A stretch of DNA of 64,000 bases from Adineta vaga (taxonomy: Eukaryota; Animalia; Rotifera): the NCBI GenBank assembly GCA_021613535.1, contig CP075493.1, forward strand, positions 6,138,001-6,202,000, given 5' to 3'. Of the stretch, positions 12,919 through 26,328 are shown piece after piece (within the stretch, counting starts at the first letter, position 1; each line of letters begins with the position of its first letter). A program made the position numbers and the translations under genes. The notes beneath the pieces were generated by a model. It searched no databases. It was given only the letters and a program-made list of their open reading frames with translations, and was not told the origin of the DNA.

Positions 12919-13440
12919 CGAAACTACTATACAAGTTACAAAATTACCCTTGTAAATAGACGGTAGAAATACAGAGGAAATCCCTATTCTCTACTCTGTT
13001 CTCTTGCTTGGCTTCTCTTTTTCTAACTCAAAAGTATAACAAATAATCAAGAGAAACAATCTATTTTTTGATCTTCTTGACAAACGAAACGAATAGGAAA
13101 AATGTAATTTATTTATATTCAGATTTGTTTTCATGATTTTTATTTGTACAATTGAGTATTTACGATGATTCATCAATCATGTTTTCGTGATCTCAATGAT
13201 ACCTTTACAATATTCGTTTTTTTTATTTCAAACGCAATTGTCAAAAACAACATACCAAACATAGTATGTGTTTAATATAAGTGCTTTTGATTTGACCTGA
13301 CAATTTATTAACATGAAAAGAAAGTGAAAAAAATATTTATTTATTTGCACAAAGCGAGTTGAAGCATAGACGATAGTTACAATAAAAAAATTAGAATATA
13401 TCGGACAAAAAAGATTCTCTTGATTGAGCGATATAGAAAA

Positions 13441-14527
13441 TTACATTCTTGAACCACGTTCTTGTAAAATCTAGAATAATCAATTGATTGTCTACTTCCC
13501 TCTCTGTCTCTCTTCTTACTTTGACTCGAGGTGATAAACAAATATTATTCTCTTCTCGTAATCCTCGATCATATTGTTTGGAAACGATACATAGAAATTC
13601 ACCTTCTGGATAAATATAACTTGAACCAACAGGTGAATGACCAATAAGCTAAAATATTGTAAAATTTATCTTTTACATTCAGAATTTCATATAGATTCTT
13701 ATATAGCTTTATTAACCTGTTCAAATTTCCATCCATCACTTAATGAAGACATAAGTTGTGTGATTTCTTTTTCTTTACATTGCATTACACGATAAACACG
13801 ATTTGCTGCTCCCTAAATATTAAAAAGAATTTTAAACTTTTCAATTTTAATTATATAACTAAACGAAATATTCATAAACTTTGATGTCGTACTGAATAAC
13901 CTGTATGATTACGCAAAGTAAACCTTCAATCATTCGAAAAATGTCTTCGTATTTTCATGAGAATTCGATGAATCATTCCATTATAATGAATATGAAAACA
14001 AAACTTACATCATCATATTTTCGTTTATCTCGTTCTCGAATTCGTTCTTTGACAAGTTCAATTAATGTTTGAATATTATAGAATTCAGCTTCTTCTAAAA
14101 CACCTTCTTCCACAAGATTATTTTCGAGAATTATTTTTCCATGACGAAGATAACTATATTAAAATAAATCTCTTGTAAATATGAATTAAAAACAACAAAT
14201 AGTTGGTATTTATTACTTTAGAACAACATTGAAATAATCTGGATCACGATCAATTAAATAACCACCTTTGTCATCCTTGAAAAATCAGATAATAAATTGA
14301 GTACGAATACAAAGATTTCAACTTACTAAATCAGTTTTCAATGAAGAATCTGGTCGACATAAACGACCAAGAAATGATTCTTCTTTTAATAATGTTGAAC
14401 GTGTTGTTAAGAAATGTTTTCCACCAACATTCAATAAAATCCAATCACTTTTTGTATCGAATAATTTCGAACGTGTATCGATATTACTCAATGATATAGT
14501 TTCGCAATTGTCTTCAGCTGTTAACAT
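13441..14527 (-). CDS. KCTD5: BTB/POZ domain protein KCTD5/2/17-like
   Basis: [58 protein letters not shown] and C-terminal [10 protein letters not shown]. Confidence 0.92.
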
Positions 14528-15260
14528 TCTACAAAAAAAATAATCTATGTCTATCTATAATACTACTGAACCTTCTTCTTCGTCACTCTTGTAAATATTG
14601 ATTGATTATGAAATAAATCCAATAGGTGTCTACTAGATGGCAGTAATGAGTGGCACGAAGAGATGACATACATTTATATACCATCGCCTGTATGTAAAGC
14701 TTATTTTTTTCGTACTATATGAATAATTGGTTGTTATCGGCTAATTAAGAATAATTTGTTTTTTTTGGAATTAAAATTATTATGTCGAATTTTTTTCCCT
14801 AATAGTCATAATTATGTCATCATCTGTCATAGATAAATTATGAAAACATGATTTTAAACGAAAAAATATTTATTATATACTATGGTAGTTATTGAAAAAT
14901 GTTGTGAACAAATTTTTCCTAATCGAAACTTGTACATTTGATTCTAATATTATCGTGATAATTAAATATTCTAACAATCATATTCATAAGTATTGAAATC
15001 ATTTTGAATGAATGATTATTTTTACTATTCATCCAAATAAATCAAAGATTACAGAGATCGATACCGTCATTTTACTTTCGCTTGTCATGCTCTTTAAAAA
15101 TCTCCTTTCATAATTACATATTTAATTATTATCTGGTCATGTTCCCATAAATTCTAACAATATAAACAGAGTTATCTTCGCTTGTGTATTTATTAATGCA
15201 TATATTTATATTTATATTTATAAATAGAAATTTGTACTCGGCATATATAAAAAAATAATC

Positions 15261-18200
15261 TTAATCTGTAAAATTTGGCGCGGAAACAACATCACCGGTA
15301 TCGTTAGAAATTGATTGTCGAATAATATTTTGCATCATAATGATAATTTCAATATTATATTGAGCGATTTCACTCGATGCAAAACCAAAATCTAGAAATC
15401 CATGTGGCCATCCATCGACTACCATCAAATGATGTGGTACATTAAGTTTAACTAATCGTCGTGCAAATTCAATATTATCATCAATAAAGGAATCTTTATA
15501 AACAGAAAAAAAAACAAAAAGCAAACGAAAAATGAAAACAATCTTAATTTGTAGACTTACCACGTGCACATGGCTAAAACAGAGAAAAAAGAAGAAAAAA
15601 ATCAGTTTTACAGCTCAAAAAATCAATACAAAAAATGAAGCATAAGCATGAAAATATTCTATTCATTCTCTCATGATTGTATGTGTTATCAATGATGAAT
15701 TCTTTCTTTTCTTTGATGATAAATATGGTTGATTAATATGATATTTTCGAGCAAGATCACGCATTAAATGATCCGTTGCACGTTTACAATCATGATTTGA
15801 AGTGTAAAAATTTAGAAAACCATGCGATAAATTACGTATCATAACAAGGTGATGTTCAACAGACAAGGAACGAAGATGCCGAGCAAATGCTATTGAATCG
15901 TCCAAGAATGGATCCAGATAACATGCCTGAAAAGGTTTAATTTGTCGTGTGTTTTTTTTTTCGTTTTTGATAAAGACAAAAATAGATCGTCGATACAGAA
16001 TATCAATGAGGAATGAAATACTAAGCAACTGAAAGAATAGAAATTGAAAACTTACGATAAGATATGTTGTTGGAAATTGTCGTAGAATTTCATCGGAAGC
16101 ACGTAATGGCGACATGTAAGGATGATTGGGTAATGCTGATTCACGTAATTTTCGAAGAAGATAAGCTTGACGTGAACCAACGATATCAGCTAAAAGAAAA
16201 TATTCGAAATATTAATTAATATCTAATTCATTTTCAATTCAATCAACGTACATAATCGAGCATAGTATGTATCTTCACGTATTCCATTTGAACTTTGTAA
16301 TGTTTGTTTTTGTTCGGGAGTAATTTGATTTGTTGATGAATTATCAGTATTAATATTAAGTTGTTTTTCAGGTATAATCGGACTATTAGCAGCAGTCGTA
16401 TGAGTAGGACTGACTTTTGTCGAAGAAAGTTCATCTTGAGGTGGTTCATTATCAGCTTTAATACCGGCATAAGCAGCCAGACAACGCCAGAGAAAACCTG
16501 TATTCAATAATGGATCCATAATAGCCAGTAAACGTGATGGTGACATACTAAAATTAATGTGATATACATCTTCTTTTAAACTATTTTGATATATTACCTA
16601 TAACCAAGAAGAAATGGTGTATAAAAACAAATGATTGCATCTGGTTTTCTTAGACCAGCTTCAATAGCTTTCATTGTTACTGTTGTAATTAAATTTCCAC
16701 CAGCACTATCACCAACTAGTAGAATTGTTTTTCCAGTCCACCCAAGTTTATTGGCGTTTTTTAGAATCCATGCATATGCATAGTAACATTCTTCAATAGC
16801 ACGAGGAAATGGATATTCAGGTGCAAGGGAATAATCTACAGAAACAATTGGTATTTCTAAAGCTAATGCCCATGGTTTTAAATAAACCTAAAGAATAGAA
16901 ACATGGTTTGATATTTATCAAACAAAAAAAAAACTAAGAATAATTTACTTCATGTGTTGTCGATGATGTTGCGATAAAACCACCACCATGAACATGCATC
17001 AAAATTTGATCACTCATCGGTAATATTTTGGTTGAAGATGTTTCTAAATCACTTTTTCGTAACGGTAATTCATTCATACCTTCTCGTATTTGACTTGACA
17101 AAAGTTTAATATTCACAAGTTGTTTTGGTTGGGTACTACCTGAACCGGTCGCATTATCTGACCCTGCTCCAATATTACCTGCTGCATGTTCTTGAGGTTC
17201 TTCTGCACCAGCACTAGCAGTCGGTGGTGGAACAATAATTGAACCAAATTCAATAGGTTCTGGTCCAATTTGAAAATATTTCGAAACAGTAACATTCGGA
17301 GCAATATAACGTGAACCCATTTTAATATAATCATGATCAATAAGATTCCAAAACGATTTACAAAATAAATAATCACAATCGCGAAATATTGCAGCACACT
17401 AAAATGTTTTCAACTAGGAATAAAAACGAATTGTTTATGGTGTATTCAAACCTTTTTTGCTCGTTGTTCAGGAAATAAAATGTACTTTGGTGCAGTAGCA
17501 AGACTAGCCGCTGCAAAAGGAATTGAACGATTGTATGTTTCATGATAAGTAGCTAAACCAGCAAGTAAAACTGTAAGCATTGTTTGTATTGATTGAGCAA
17601 ACTTAAATGAGAAAGCAATATATTTATATACATGTTATTATACATCTATTCTAGCTACTATCAATTATCAATAACCTTACTATTATCTGAGATAAATGTC
17701 TATGAAATGTAACTCAGAATATTTAATTAGAAATCTACTAAATATACGATGACACTTTCGATAAATGATCTCTCTTACCTGAAATCCACATGTTCTTCCA
17801 AAGAAATACTCTGAATCAAAAGCAACCATTCTAAAATATTCCAATTCAACATCCAATGGTACATCATTAGCATCAATCTAAATAATGAAGAAAAAAGCAT
17901 AATACTATCTATTCCCATATGACCTTGTCTTTTGTTCTCCTACGCATAGAACTTTGTTTTCTGAATAATTAACAATTTTGACAGCGAAAGAAAGAAGATG
18001 CTGCATTCCAATCAAAACTTTTGTCCAAGATTCGAGATCTTGAAATAATCGAGATGAATACATAAGATTAAATAGAAGGCCAACACGTTTTGTATCAACT
18101 TGTCGAAGAATATCTACTGTTCGTAAACATGCTTGACCATGTGCTACAGTCAGAGTTCGATATCCACTTGCGCGAATCTATATAACAAAGATGAAGATAT

Positions 18201-19318
18201 GAGAATTATTCTTCTTGAAATTCTTACCTCTGGACTATAATCGAAATGATGAAAATTATCTCTTAAATATTGAACTAATGGTATAGATAATTCAACTGAA
18301 TGTAAGGTTTGAATTAAAAGACGTTCAAATCGTCGGCATACATCCGTTTTTTGTTGAGCAAAATAGCTACAATTGACTTCTGCTAATTCACGTAATTGTT
18401 TATAGGTCACATCGAAATTAAAATCTAAATCAACTGTTTCTGTTGCTACTTCGATCGATGGAGTAGATGATTTCGGAGATTTCAACTTCGAATCTAAACC
18501 GGACGGAGTTGTTGATGAACTACGCATTGTAAATGTTGTATTGTCAAGAAATGGACTTGAAGTAGATAAAGATGGAGCAGATAGTGGAGATTTGGGTGAT
18601 GATGAACGATTACGTTTCGTTAATATATGTTTAGTGAATGGCTTTAAAAAGGATGATGTGGGAGTCTTCGTATTCGTATTAGTTAGTTCTGTTGAATTTA
18701 CATTACGAGACTGTCTTGTGAAAGAAGACATCATACGAGTTGCAGCAGCTATTGGTCCAATGGATAACCGACCCGTGAAAGAACTTGATCTTCCTTCTTT
18801 CGGACTTGTTTGTTCATCATTGGATAATAAATCATCATTGTTCAACATACTAAACAAATAGATTTCGATATTTCTTCTATTTATCATGAAAAAAAATGAA
18901 CATCAATATCAAAACAAAGCCAAAAAATCAATACAAACAGATAAAAAATATTACAATACAACATATAACTCTACAGAATATTAATATAATTTCTTACTTG
19001 TAATGAAATGAGACAGGAAATATTCTAAAGATAATTTCAAAAAATATGCAAGAAAATGACTAAGACAGACAACCTCATGAATCATCGAAATCGAAAATAT
19101 TATTCTTCCTTGCTTATCTAATGTCGGTATGTTGTCATATTTTGTAACATGCTCATATTTCTACTAATGTAATATACTTTTTTTTACCTCTGCATATTGA
19201 TTTAGGATGAAAAAGTGATTTAATCATGAATAATCTTGTCATTCGATATATTCTCTGTCCTATAGAATCCAAATATGAGTACTTACCAAATTGGAAATGG
19301 TACTACTGTCGTTGTCAT
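15261..19318 (-). CDS. LIPE: Hormone-sensitive lipase with two alternative 3' terminal exon sets
   Basis: HSL N-domain (FDSEYFFGRTCGFQF), HVHGGGF oxyanion motif, DYSLAPEYPFP, VGDSAGGNL (Ser), NPYMSPLRA. Terminal exon A 15926-15663; terminal set B 15573-15561 plus 15493-15261. First exon 19318-19287 is less certain. Confidence 0.9.
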
Positions 19319-19562
19319 TTTGTGCGGTTATTATCAATCATAATATAATCACGTGGGTTGTTCGTTGGTAGTCAATAAAAAAACATACGATAAATCTGAC
19401 GTGTATATGTCAAAGTAAATGACTATGTAGGAAGAAATGATTACTACACGTTTAGGAAGATTCTTCTTCGACTTGTCAGAGTTCTTTAGATTTGTATAAT
19501 ATAAAACAGATATATATGGTAGGAAGAAGAAAAAAGATAACTAATCTAGAATAAGATAAGAA

Positions 19563-19570
19563 TGACGTCA
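19563..19570. promoter_or_regulatory. Palindromic CRE (TGACGTCA) upstream of LIPE
   Basis: Perfect CRE about 245 bp upstream of the LIPE ATG. Function is inferred only. Confidence 0.35.
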
Positions 19571-20391
19571 TTGCCTGTTATTCGAATGTTTATTGGTCAA
19601 TAGATCGATTCACAATAGGATGATAATAGTTCTTATAAATAAACAATTACTTCTTTTTTTTATCCTTCGAATTCTCTCAAGAAATGAATGTGAAGAAAAA
19701 AAGCGACAAAATCATAGAGATTTGGAATTAATTTGTGCTTAGAAAAAGATAATACTTATCCGACTACGATTTTATTATATAGAATCAGAAAACAAATACT
19801 AGACGATATAATTTATTTATAATCATGCTCACGAATTTGTACGCATATATAATTATACTACGTAATAAAATAAATGAAAACAGATAAAATGATCTTTCTA
19901 TTCACTGGTGAAATTAATATCCATTAATGTTACTTGTTTAAACCTCGATTAATTTCGTATGCTTGAAAAATATTTTTTTCAAATCTAAGTAACTACTAAC
20001 AATTGAGTGTAAACATTTTGAGGACCTATTGAAATTTTTACAATAGATGGCATTAGATATTTTATAGCATATGGAATCATAAAAAAACTCAATTAGAAAT
20101 GCTTTGCATTAAATCACATCGATGATAAGAATCAATATGATCACTGAAAAACGTATGTACAGATATGAAAGTTTCTTTTTTTCAAATTTGGATTTCTCGT
20201 ACGCATTGAACGCATTGTATATACTCGATTTGATGAAATTCATTGTTTCAATGTTACATATTTTGTTTTTCACAAATGTGTTTGTTATTTTAAATCAACA
20301 ACAAGAACAACAAAACAGTACAAATAACAGGCAAAAAAATGTGCCGACACTAAATTGTTGGACATGTAAAATTTCTAATAACAAGATATTA

Positions 20392-22015
20392 TTAGTCTTC
20401 CATATTTTCTTCTTTTGTTTTGCTTTTTCCAGTTGGTCTAAAACAATCATATACATATATATATTAAAATACAAGTAAAACCAGTGCAAATTTAACTTAC
20501 TTAAAAACACCAACGACAATAGCATGATCACGTTCGTATGGTTCAAGTGTAATTTGCTCTTTTGGTTTAAGTTTTTCACTTTGAAGTTTTTTTACTTCAT
20601 CAGCAAATACTGCTTCCGGTTGAGCAGTTGAATCAATACAACTTGCCTATTAAATAATCTCAATACTCTTTCATACAATTCATTTATTCGTCTATTACTT
20701 TGATTGAAATAACAAAATTTCCACCATTCTTCAAGAAATGATGTGCATTCAATGCAACAATACGTGCTTGATCAGGTTGAGCAACATCAGCAAATATTGT
20801 ATCAACCATACCTAGATAGAATAGAAGAAATCGATTCATTTCTCAATATGAATATTATCAAGAAAAAAGAAACGAACCAATTAATATACGATATTTATGT
20901 GGATGACGTGCATCTTCAATAATTGGAATGATATTCGTTCGTTTTTTGGCAACATTCAATAAATCACGACCAGATCGATGAGAGAATTCAACTGCATAAA
21001 CAAGACCTTCCTAAATGAATGAAAGAAGAAGCATCATTGAATTTCATATCGTATCGATAAGATAAGAAAGAATCTTACAGGTCCAACGATATCAGAAACA
21101 TGTGATACAGTTGTACCATTAGCAGCACCAAGATAAAGTACTCTTGTGCCAGGTCCTATATGAATATTATCAACACCACTAAGAATAGCGGCACCTAATT
21201 TTGAACGAAATGGATTCCATACACGATATTCAATTTTTTCTTGATTTTCACCCTATAAAACAAAGTTTGTTTTTTTTCTGTTTAGAAAGATTAATCCTAT
21301 AAACTTCTTACTTCAGCGCTAACACGTTTTTCACCATAGACACTTTCACCCACGACCATATTTCGAGTTAATAACATATCATCATCTTTTGAACGAGCAA
21401 TGAATACACCTGATCAACAATAAAATAATAAGAAATAATCAAGAAATAATGATAAACAAACCTGCATGACGATGTGGTTCAACAACAATTTTTCTAGGTC
21501 CACCGGGGCCTAATCGACAGGAAAAAAAAACATTTTATGATAATTTATAAGAAAAATTCAAACTTACCTCCACGGCCACCTCCACCACGACCTCCTCCTC
21601 CTCGACCACCTAAAGCAAATCATTCATTGATTCTATCGAACATTTTTAAAGTACTTACGTCCACCGCCACCACGAACTCCACCACCTCGTGGACCACCTG
21701 ATAATTTAAACATGTAATGAACTATTTATTTAATACCCAATCGAACTTACCTCGTCCACCACCTAAATAGGATACAATTAATATAAAGCAGATTAATTTA
21801 ATTTGAACCTACCTCGTCCGCCACGAAAACCACCGCGATCACCGCCGCCTCCTGAAAGATCTCATTACATTTAAACTAACATACGTTCAAATCTTACCTC
21901 GTCCACGTCCTCCACCGCCGCCACGGCCACCACGAAAATCTGTATTTTACAAAATATATGATCTTATTCTAAATCACTAATAGTATATTGTTTGTTTCAT
22001 ACCTGGTCGTCCCAT
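20392..22015 (-). CDS. FBL: Fibrillarin, rRNA 2'-O-methyltransferase
   Basis: RGG/GAR N-terminus on micro-exons, [68 protein letters not shown]. Confidence 0.97.
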
Positions 22016-22353
22016 TCTTTCAGTTGAAATCACTCACACAAAGAAGATGTTAGCAAGTTAAACTTTTCGTTTAGTGAAAATTTCAAATGAGGTTAATTCT
22101 ACATCGATTTCAATGTACCAATCAACATTCATTTGACTGATTTCTATGTTGATGTACGAATATAATTAATATATTCTTTGTTCTTTTTTAAATCCATTTA
22201 AATCTCTTTAATATTGAATGAAAATAATAATTGATACTATATTCACAAACAAAATATATAGATGGCACTAGTAACAACAGGTGTAGATACGTTTTCATTT
22301 GTTAATCTCAATATTATACTCGAAGCTTTTTCTCAAATCTCTACATAAATGAG

Positions 22354-23000
22354 TTATTTTCTTGATATTCGATGACAACATGTTTTGTTTTCATGATTTA
22401 AAGTTGAACTATTCATAGTCAATGGTTTTGTCCAATCATTCCCAAATATACATCGCAAACTTCGAGTACAACATGGTATACTAACCAGACATCTTTCTGT
22501 CCGATTAAAATGCATTGGTAAATCGATACCAACAAGAGTCGAAGAAAACTATTAGTAAAATGATTACAATTATGTCGAAGTAAATCATCTATTTAGAAAG
22601 ACATCGATGTTTTATTATTTCATATGTTAAGTCATCTTACAATCTTTTTGAGTAAAATTATCAGACATATCAAATAAAATCTTTCTCTCAATTTCTTCTC
22701 TTGTCAATTCAGTTGCTCCAATTTGTTTTGATGAAATTAATCGACCAACATGTGAATAAGGTTGACATTTACAAATACCATTACCATAATAATATTCAAT
22801 ACCATACATTTGTACACTCTACACAAGTATAAATGTATATTGATTATCCAGATTAGATTAGATTTTTAACAAACTGTATGATAAATACCAAATCGATGGC
22901 ATGTACAAGAGGTAATTAAACAATGCGTTTTTCGATATTCGAAAAGTAAATCATAAACATTGAGAAAAATAGGTTCAAAATGTTTTCCTTCACTGTTCAT
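22354..23000 (-). CDS. PPPDE peptidase (deSUMOylating isopeptidase DESI-like) with an apparent 1-nt frameshift near 22540
   Basis: FLNVYDL, GIYHTSVQMYGIEYYYG (His), YDLLRHNCNHF (Cys). The family-like C-terminus LVGIDLPMHFNR is only in the -1 frame. Confidence 0.8.
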
Positions 23001-23074
23001 AATTGATCATCCAAAATTGGCGGCAATATTTCGTTTTTGTTCTATCAATAATCAATATTTTGAAAGAAATAATT

Positions 23075-23889
23075 TCAAAGACACCATGTTGTTTGTTCTC
23101 GAATTTGTTGTTCCAGATGAGAATGTTTGATTTCATCACTTGATTTTATTTTTAAAGATAATGATGAAAACCATTGATTAACAACACTCTCAATTTGTTT
23201 GTCATCGATATTATAATGAATAGGATATGAAAATGAATAAAGTAAAATCTCTTCATCAAAATCATTTATTTGAACATATAATCGAAAGTTTTTCAGTGTA
23301 GTAACATTTGTTAAGGATGTTGATGAATAATAATAAATAAGTGGATAGTCAAGTAAATAACCAAAAATAGTAGTATGATTCAAGGATTGAATTAAATTTG
23401 ACCATTCGTCATTGGTTTCATTATCAAAATCGAGCTGTTTATTTTTTCGATGATCGATCCATATGAGATGATTGCGAATCTATTAGGAAAAGAAGAAGAA
23501 AAGAAAGGGTTTGAATTGTTTGTCAAATGAAACTTGATGATCACTACTTCATCTAGCATAGGATGACATTCTGTTGTAGTCATTGTATTTAAATCAATAC
23601 TCAAAACTGTTGTTGATGTATCGATTAGTCTTGATAAATGTGAAGCATTGAAAATAATTAGATCGTTTATTGAATATTTTAGAAGAATTGATCGAAATGG
23701 TAAATAACTCGAGAGATCAGTTAATAAATTTCTCATTTTTTCTATCGAACATGGAAATAGATCAAACAAATAAGCTGATTTAATATTTTCATTTAAACAT
23801 ATCAATTGTGCAAACAATTCTCGTGTAAATCGATGATATTTTCGATGAAAATGTTGAAAGAAAATCTTTTGTACATCAATATATTTCAT
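23075..23889 (-). CDS. UPF0739 / C1orf74-like protein
   Basis: IKSAYLFD, NHTTIFGYLLDYPLIYYY and LLYSFSYP resemble C1orf74 motifs. One intron. The ATG is directly preceded by a pyrimidine tract and CAG. Confidence 0.65.
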
Positions 23890-23966
23890 CTGAAGAAAGA
23901 ACAGAAAAAGAAAAGAAGTAGAGAGAAAGAAAGTAAGAGAAACACAAATTTTATTGAACAATATTA

Positions 23967-24518
23967 TTAATATCTTGATCTTTTTTTCGATTTCCAAGTT
24001 TTTCGTTGTGGACAACGTTCTTGATGATTGAGACGTCTCGATGCTTCACGCAAATGTTTCGGTTCTAATGGTGTCGTTTTCTTTTCACTTTCTCGACGTT
24101 GAAGTTCAAGTGCTTCTTCAACAAGTTCACCAACAAAAACTTTCGCTATACCAGCCATAGCTATAACTACATTGGATGATGGTACTGCACCAGTTATGGA
24201 ATGCATTAAACGTTTGATAGAGACTTTCGAAAATGCTGAACGACGATACATTTCATAACGATCTAATTGTTCATCACTAAAATTTGACACAAGTACTTGA
24301 AGTTTAATATTAGCTTCTTCATCGACAGTTTTTCGATAAGGACGATCAATTTTAGGAGGTTTTGTTTCTTCTTGTTTTTCATCAGTTTTCACTGGACTAG
24401 TGGTTTCCATATCTGTAGGTGAATTTGGTTCATCTATTTGTTCAATTTCATCATCTTCTGTAGGAGGTTGAAAAAAACTGGAATTATGATCATTATTATC
24501 GTTGAGAAAGTTTTCCAT
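23967..24518 (-). CDS. TAF11: TFIID subunit 11 (histone fold), single coding exon
   Basis: [60 protein letters not shown]. True start is probably MENFL at 24518. Confidence 0.95.
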   Translation of the reverse strand: MENFLNDNNDHNSSFFQPPTEDDEIEQIDEPNSPTDMETTSPVKTDEKQEETKPPKIDRPYRKTVDEEANIKLQVLVSNFSDEQLDRYEMYRRSAFSKVSIKRLMHSITGAVPSSNVVIAMAGIAKVFVGELVEEALELQRRESEKKTTPLEPKHLREASRRLNHQERCPQRKTWKSKKRSRY

Positions 24519-24630
24519 TATTACAAATCTAAAATGACAAAAAAAGCCGTTACCAACGATAGATAATGTTGATTTCAAATCAATGATTGTATAATAAAAT
24601 TTATCTCTATTACTAATAAAAAAGAATCAA

Positions 24631-25774
24631 TCATGGTGAAAGTCGTTCATAGATCCAGCCATGAGTACCCTGATGTGTCACAGATGGATCTATAGGAATC
24701 GTCTGATTGGAATCAGATGAAATACGACGAAATTGAATACGATCAGATAAACGATTACTTTGACCTTGATAGAATTCAAATGTATGTGGTATTACAAGGA
24801 AACCACCCCTAGAAGAATTGAAAGAAATGAATACTATTCTAGATTATACAGAAAAGAATGAGAATTGAACTGATAAGTTCGATTTTGTTATCTGTTTTGG
24901 AAAAGAACAAAATTTTACCATCGTTCAGGTTTTTCAACTTGTAAACTACCATCGATGTATTTCTGTCGTTGATCAAGTAGAAACTATTCGAAACGGAGAA
25001 GTAAACATGTTGGCTAGTTATTCATATGTGAATCATGTTTTAATATTACTTGTCGACTTGGTATCGGTTGACTTTGTTTACTAATCACTGCACTTATTTG
25101 TGAGTCAAGTGGACGTAAATGGAAATATGCATTAGATTCAACTTCAGATAATTTCTCTACTCGACCATCAACCCGAACCTATTAATGGAAAAGAAAAATA
25201 TCCATCGATCATTTCCAAAGCAAAGCAAAGCATCTAAAATTACTGATCGTGACATTGATGGCCAATAGAAGCACATTGATGCAACGGGATTTGTTTCCTG
25301 AATGTTAACGCTATATTTCTTTTGACAAGAACATTTTTACCAACTTACCAATTCTCTTCCTTTGCGACTATCATAATTTGTATAAAATTTAAAACCATTT
25401 TCATCAAAATCTTTCATCAATAAGAATCGACTTGATGGAATTCCATCTCTAATAAAATGTCACTTGAGCAACATTGGAGATAGAAACGAGTAGATATTAC
25501 TTTGTTGCTGTTGATAAACAAAATGAATTTGGTTCTTCGACATATTCAAATGCTTCTTCGAACCATTTCTTAAACTGACCAAATGGTTCATGTGATACGA
25601 GATGTTCAGTACCAAAATATTCATTTGGTTGTTTATATGGTTTGCGAATAGCTAAAAGATATAAAAGATACATTATGTACTCTTTCTTTATCGGCGTTTA
25701 CCAGCAATATCAATATTTGTATGAATATGAGCTTGTGATTCCATTAATCTGAATAGTAAACGAACAAAACGCAT
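24631..25774 (-). CDS. PNPO: Pyridoxine/pyridoxamine 5'-phosphate oxidase (not in ORF track)
   Basis: [69 protein letters not shown]. Confidence 0.93.
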
Positions 25775-26328
25775 GTTAACTAGGAGATCCTTTGTGTTTG
25801 AAACTACAATTACCTCAACTTCTTTCGATTTCAATTGAAAGGCTATTTCCTTTCCTGCCTGCCTGCCTGTCTACACATACACATAAACAAGTCTTGTCAA
25901 TTGGATATATTTAGTCCAACGAACAATCGAATAGATGTCGTTCCTTTTGAAATCAAAATAGATGTGTTGTGTTTTTTTTTCTCGTACAAAAAATAATATA
26001 AAATTCTCAAGTGTGATAGACAATCAAAGAAAGAACATTTTTTGATTGGTTATACTTTGACTTGCAGAATGATTCAGTGTCATACGACAATAAATGAAAC
26101 GAATATGTCTGAGACGAGTTTTTTTCCTCTTTCCTTATTTCATCATCAATTCTGTCATATTTTTAATTCACGTGCTCGATAGTGAAAAAGAGAAAATTTA
26201 TTTCTTCGTACTCTCCATAACAATGAAGAACATCTACTTGAGTGTGTTGGTATATTTTATTTAATTGGAAAACAAGTGAAAAAAAGCTTCAATTATCTGA
26301 TTTCAATTTTCTGATTGAAGGCCATAAA

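Noticed and set aside
18541-18861. Antisense ORFs over LIPE and similar shadow ORFs (7205, 38874, 43778, 53082, 58029)
   Set aside because: These are shadows of real coding exons with no independent signals.
20392-22015. Intronic snoRNAs in fibrillarin
   Set aside because: The introns are only ~45-70 nt, too short for typical snoRNAs, and no clear C/D box pairs were seen.
25336-25352. caacttaccaa resembling the bdelloid spliced-leader sequence as I recall it
   Set aside because: It is the antisense of a PNPO splice donor (TTG|gtaagttg), with no following donor or Sm site.
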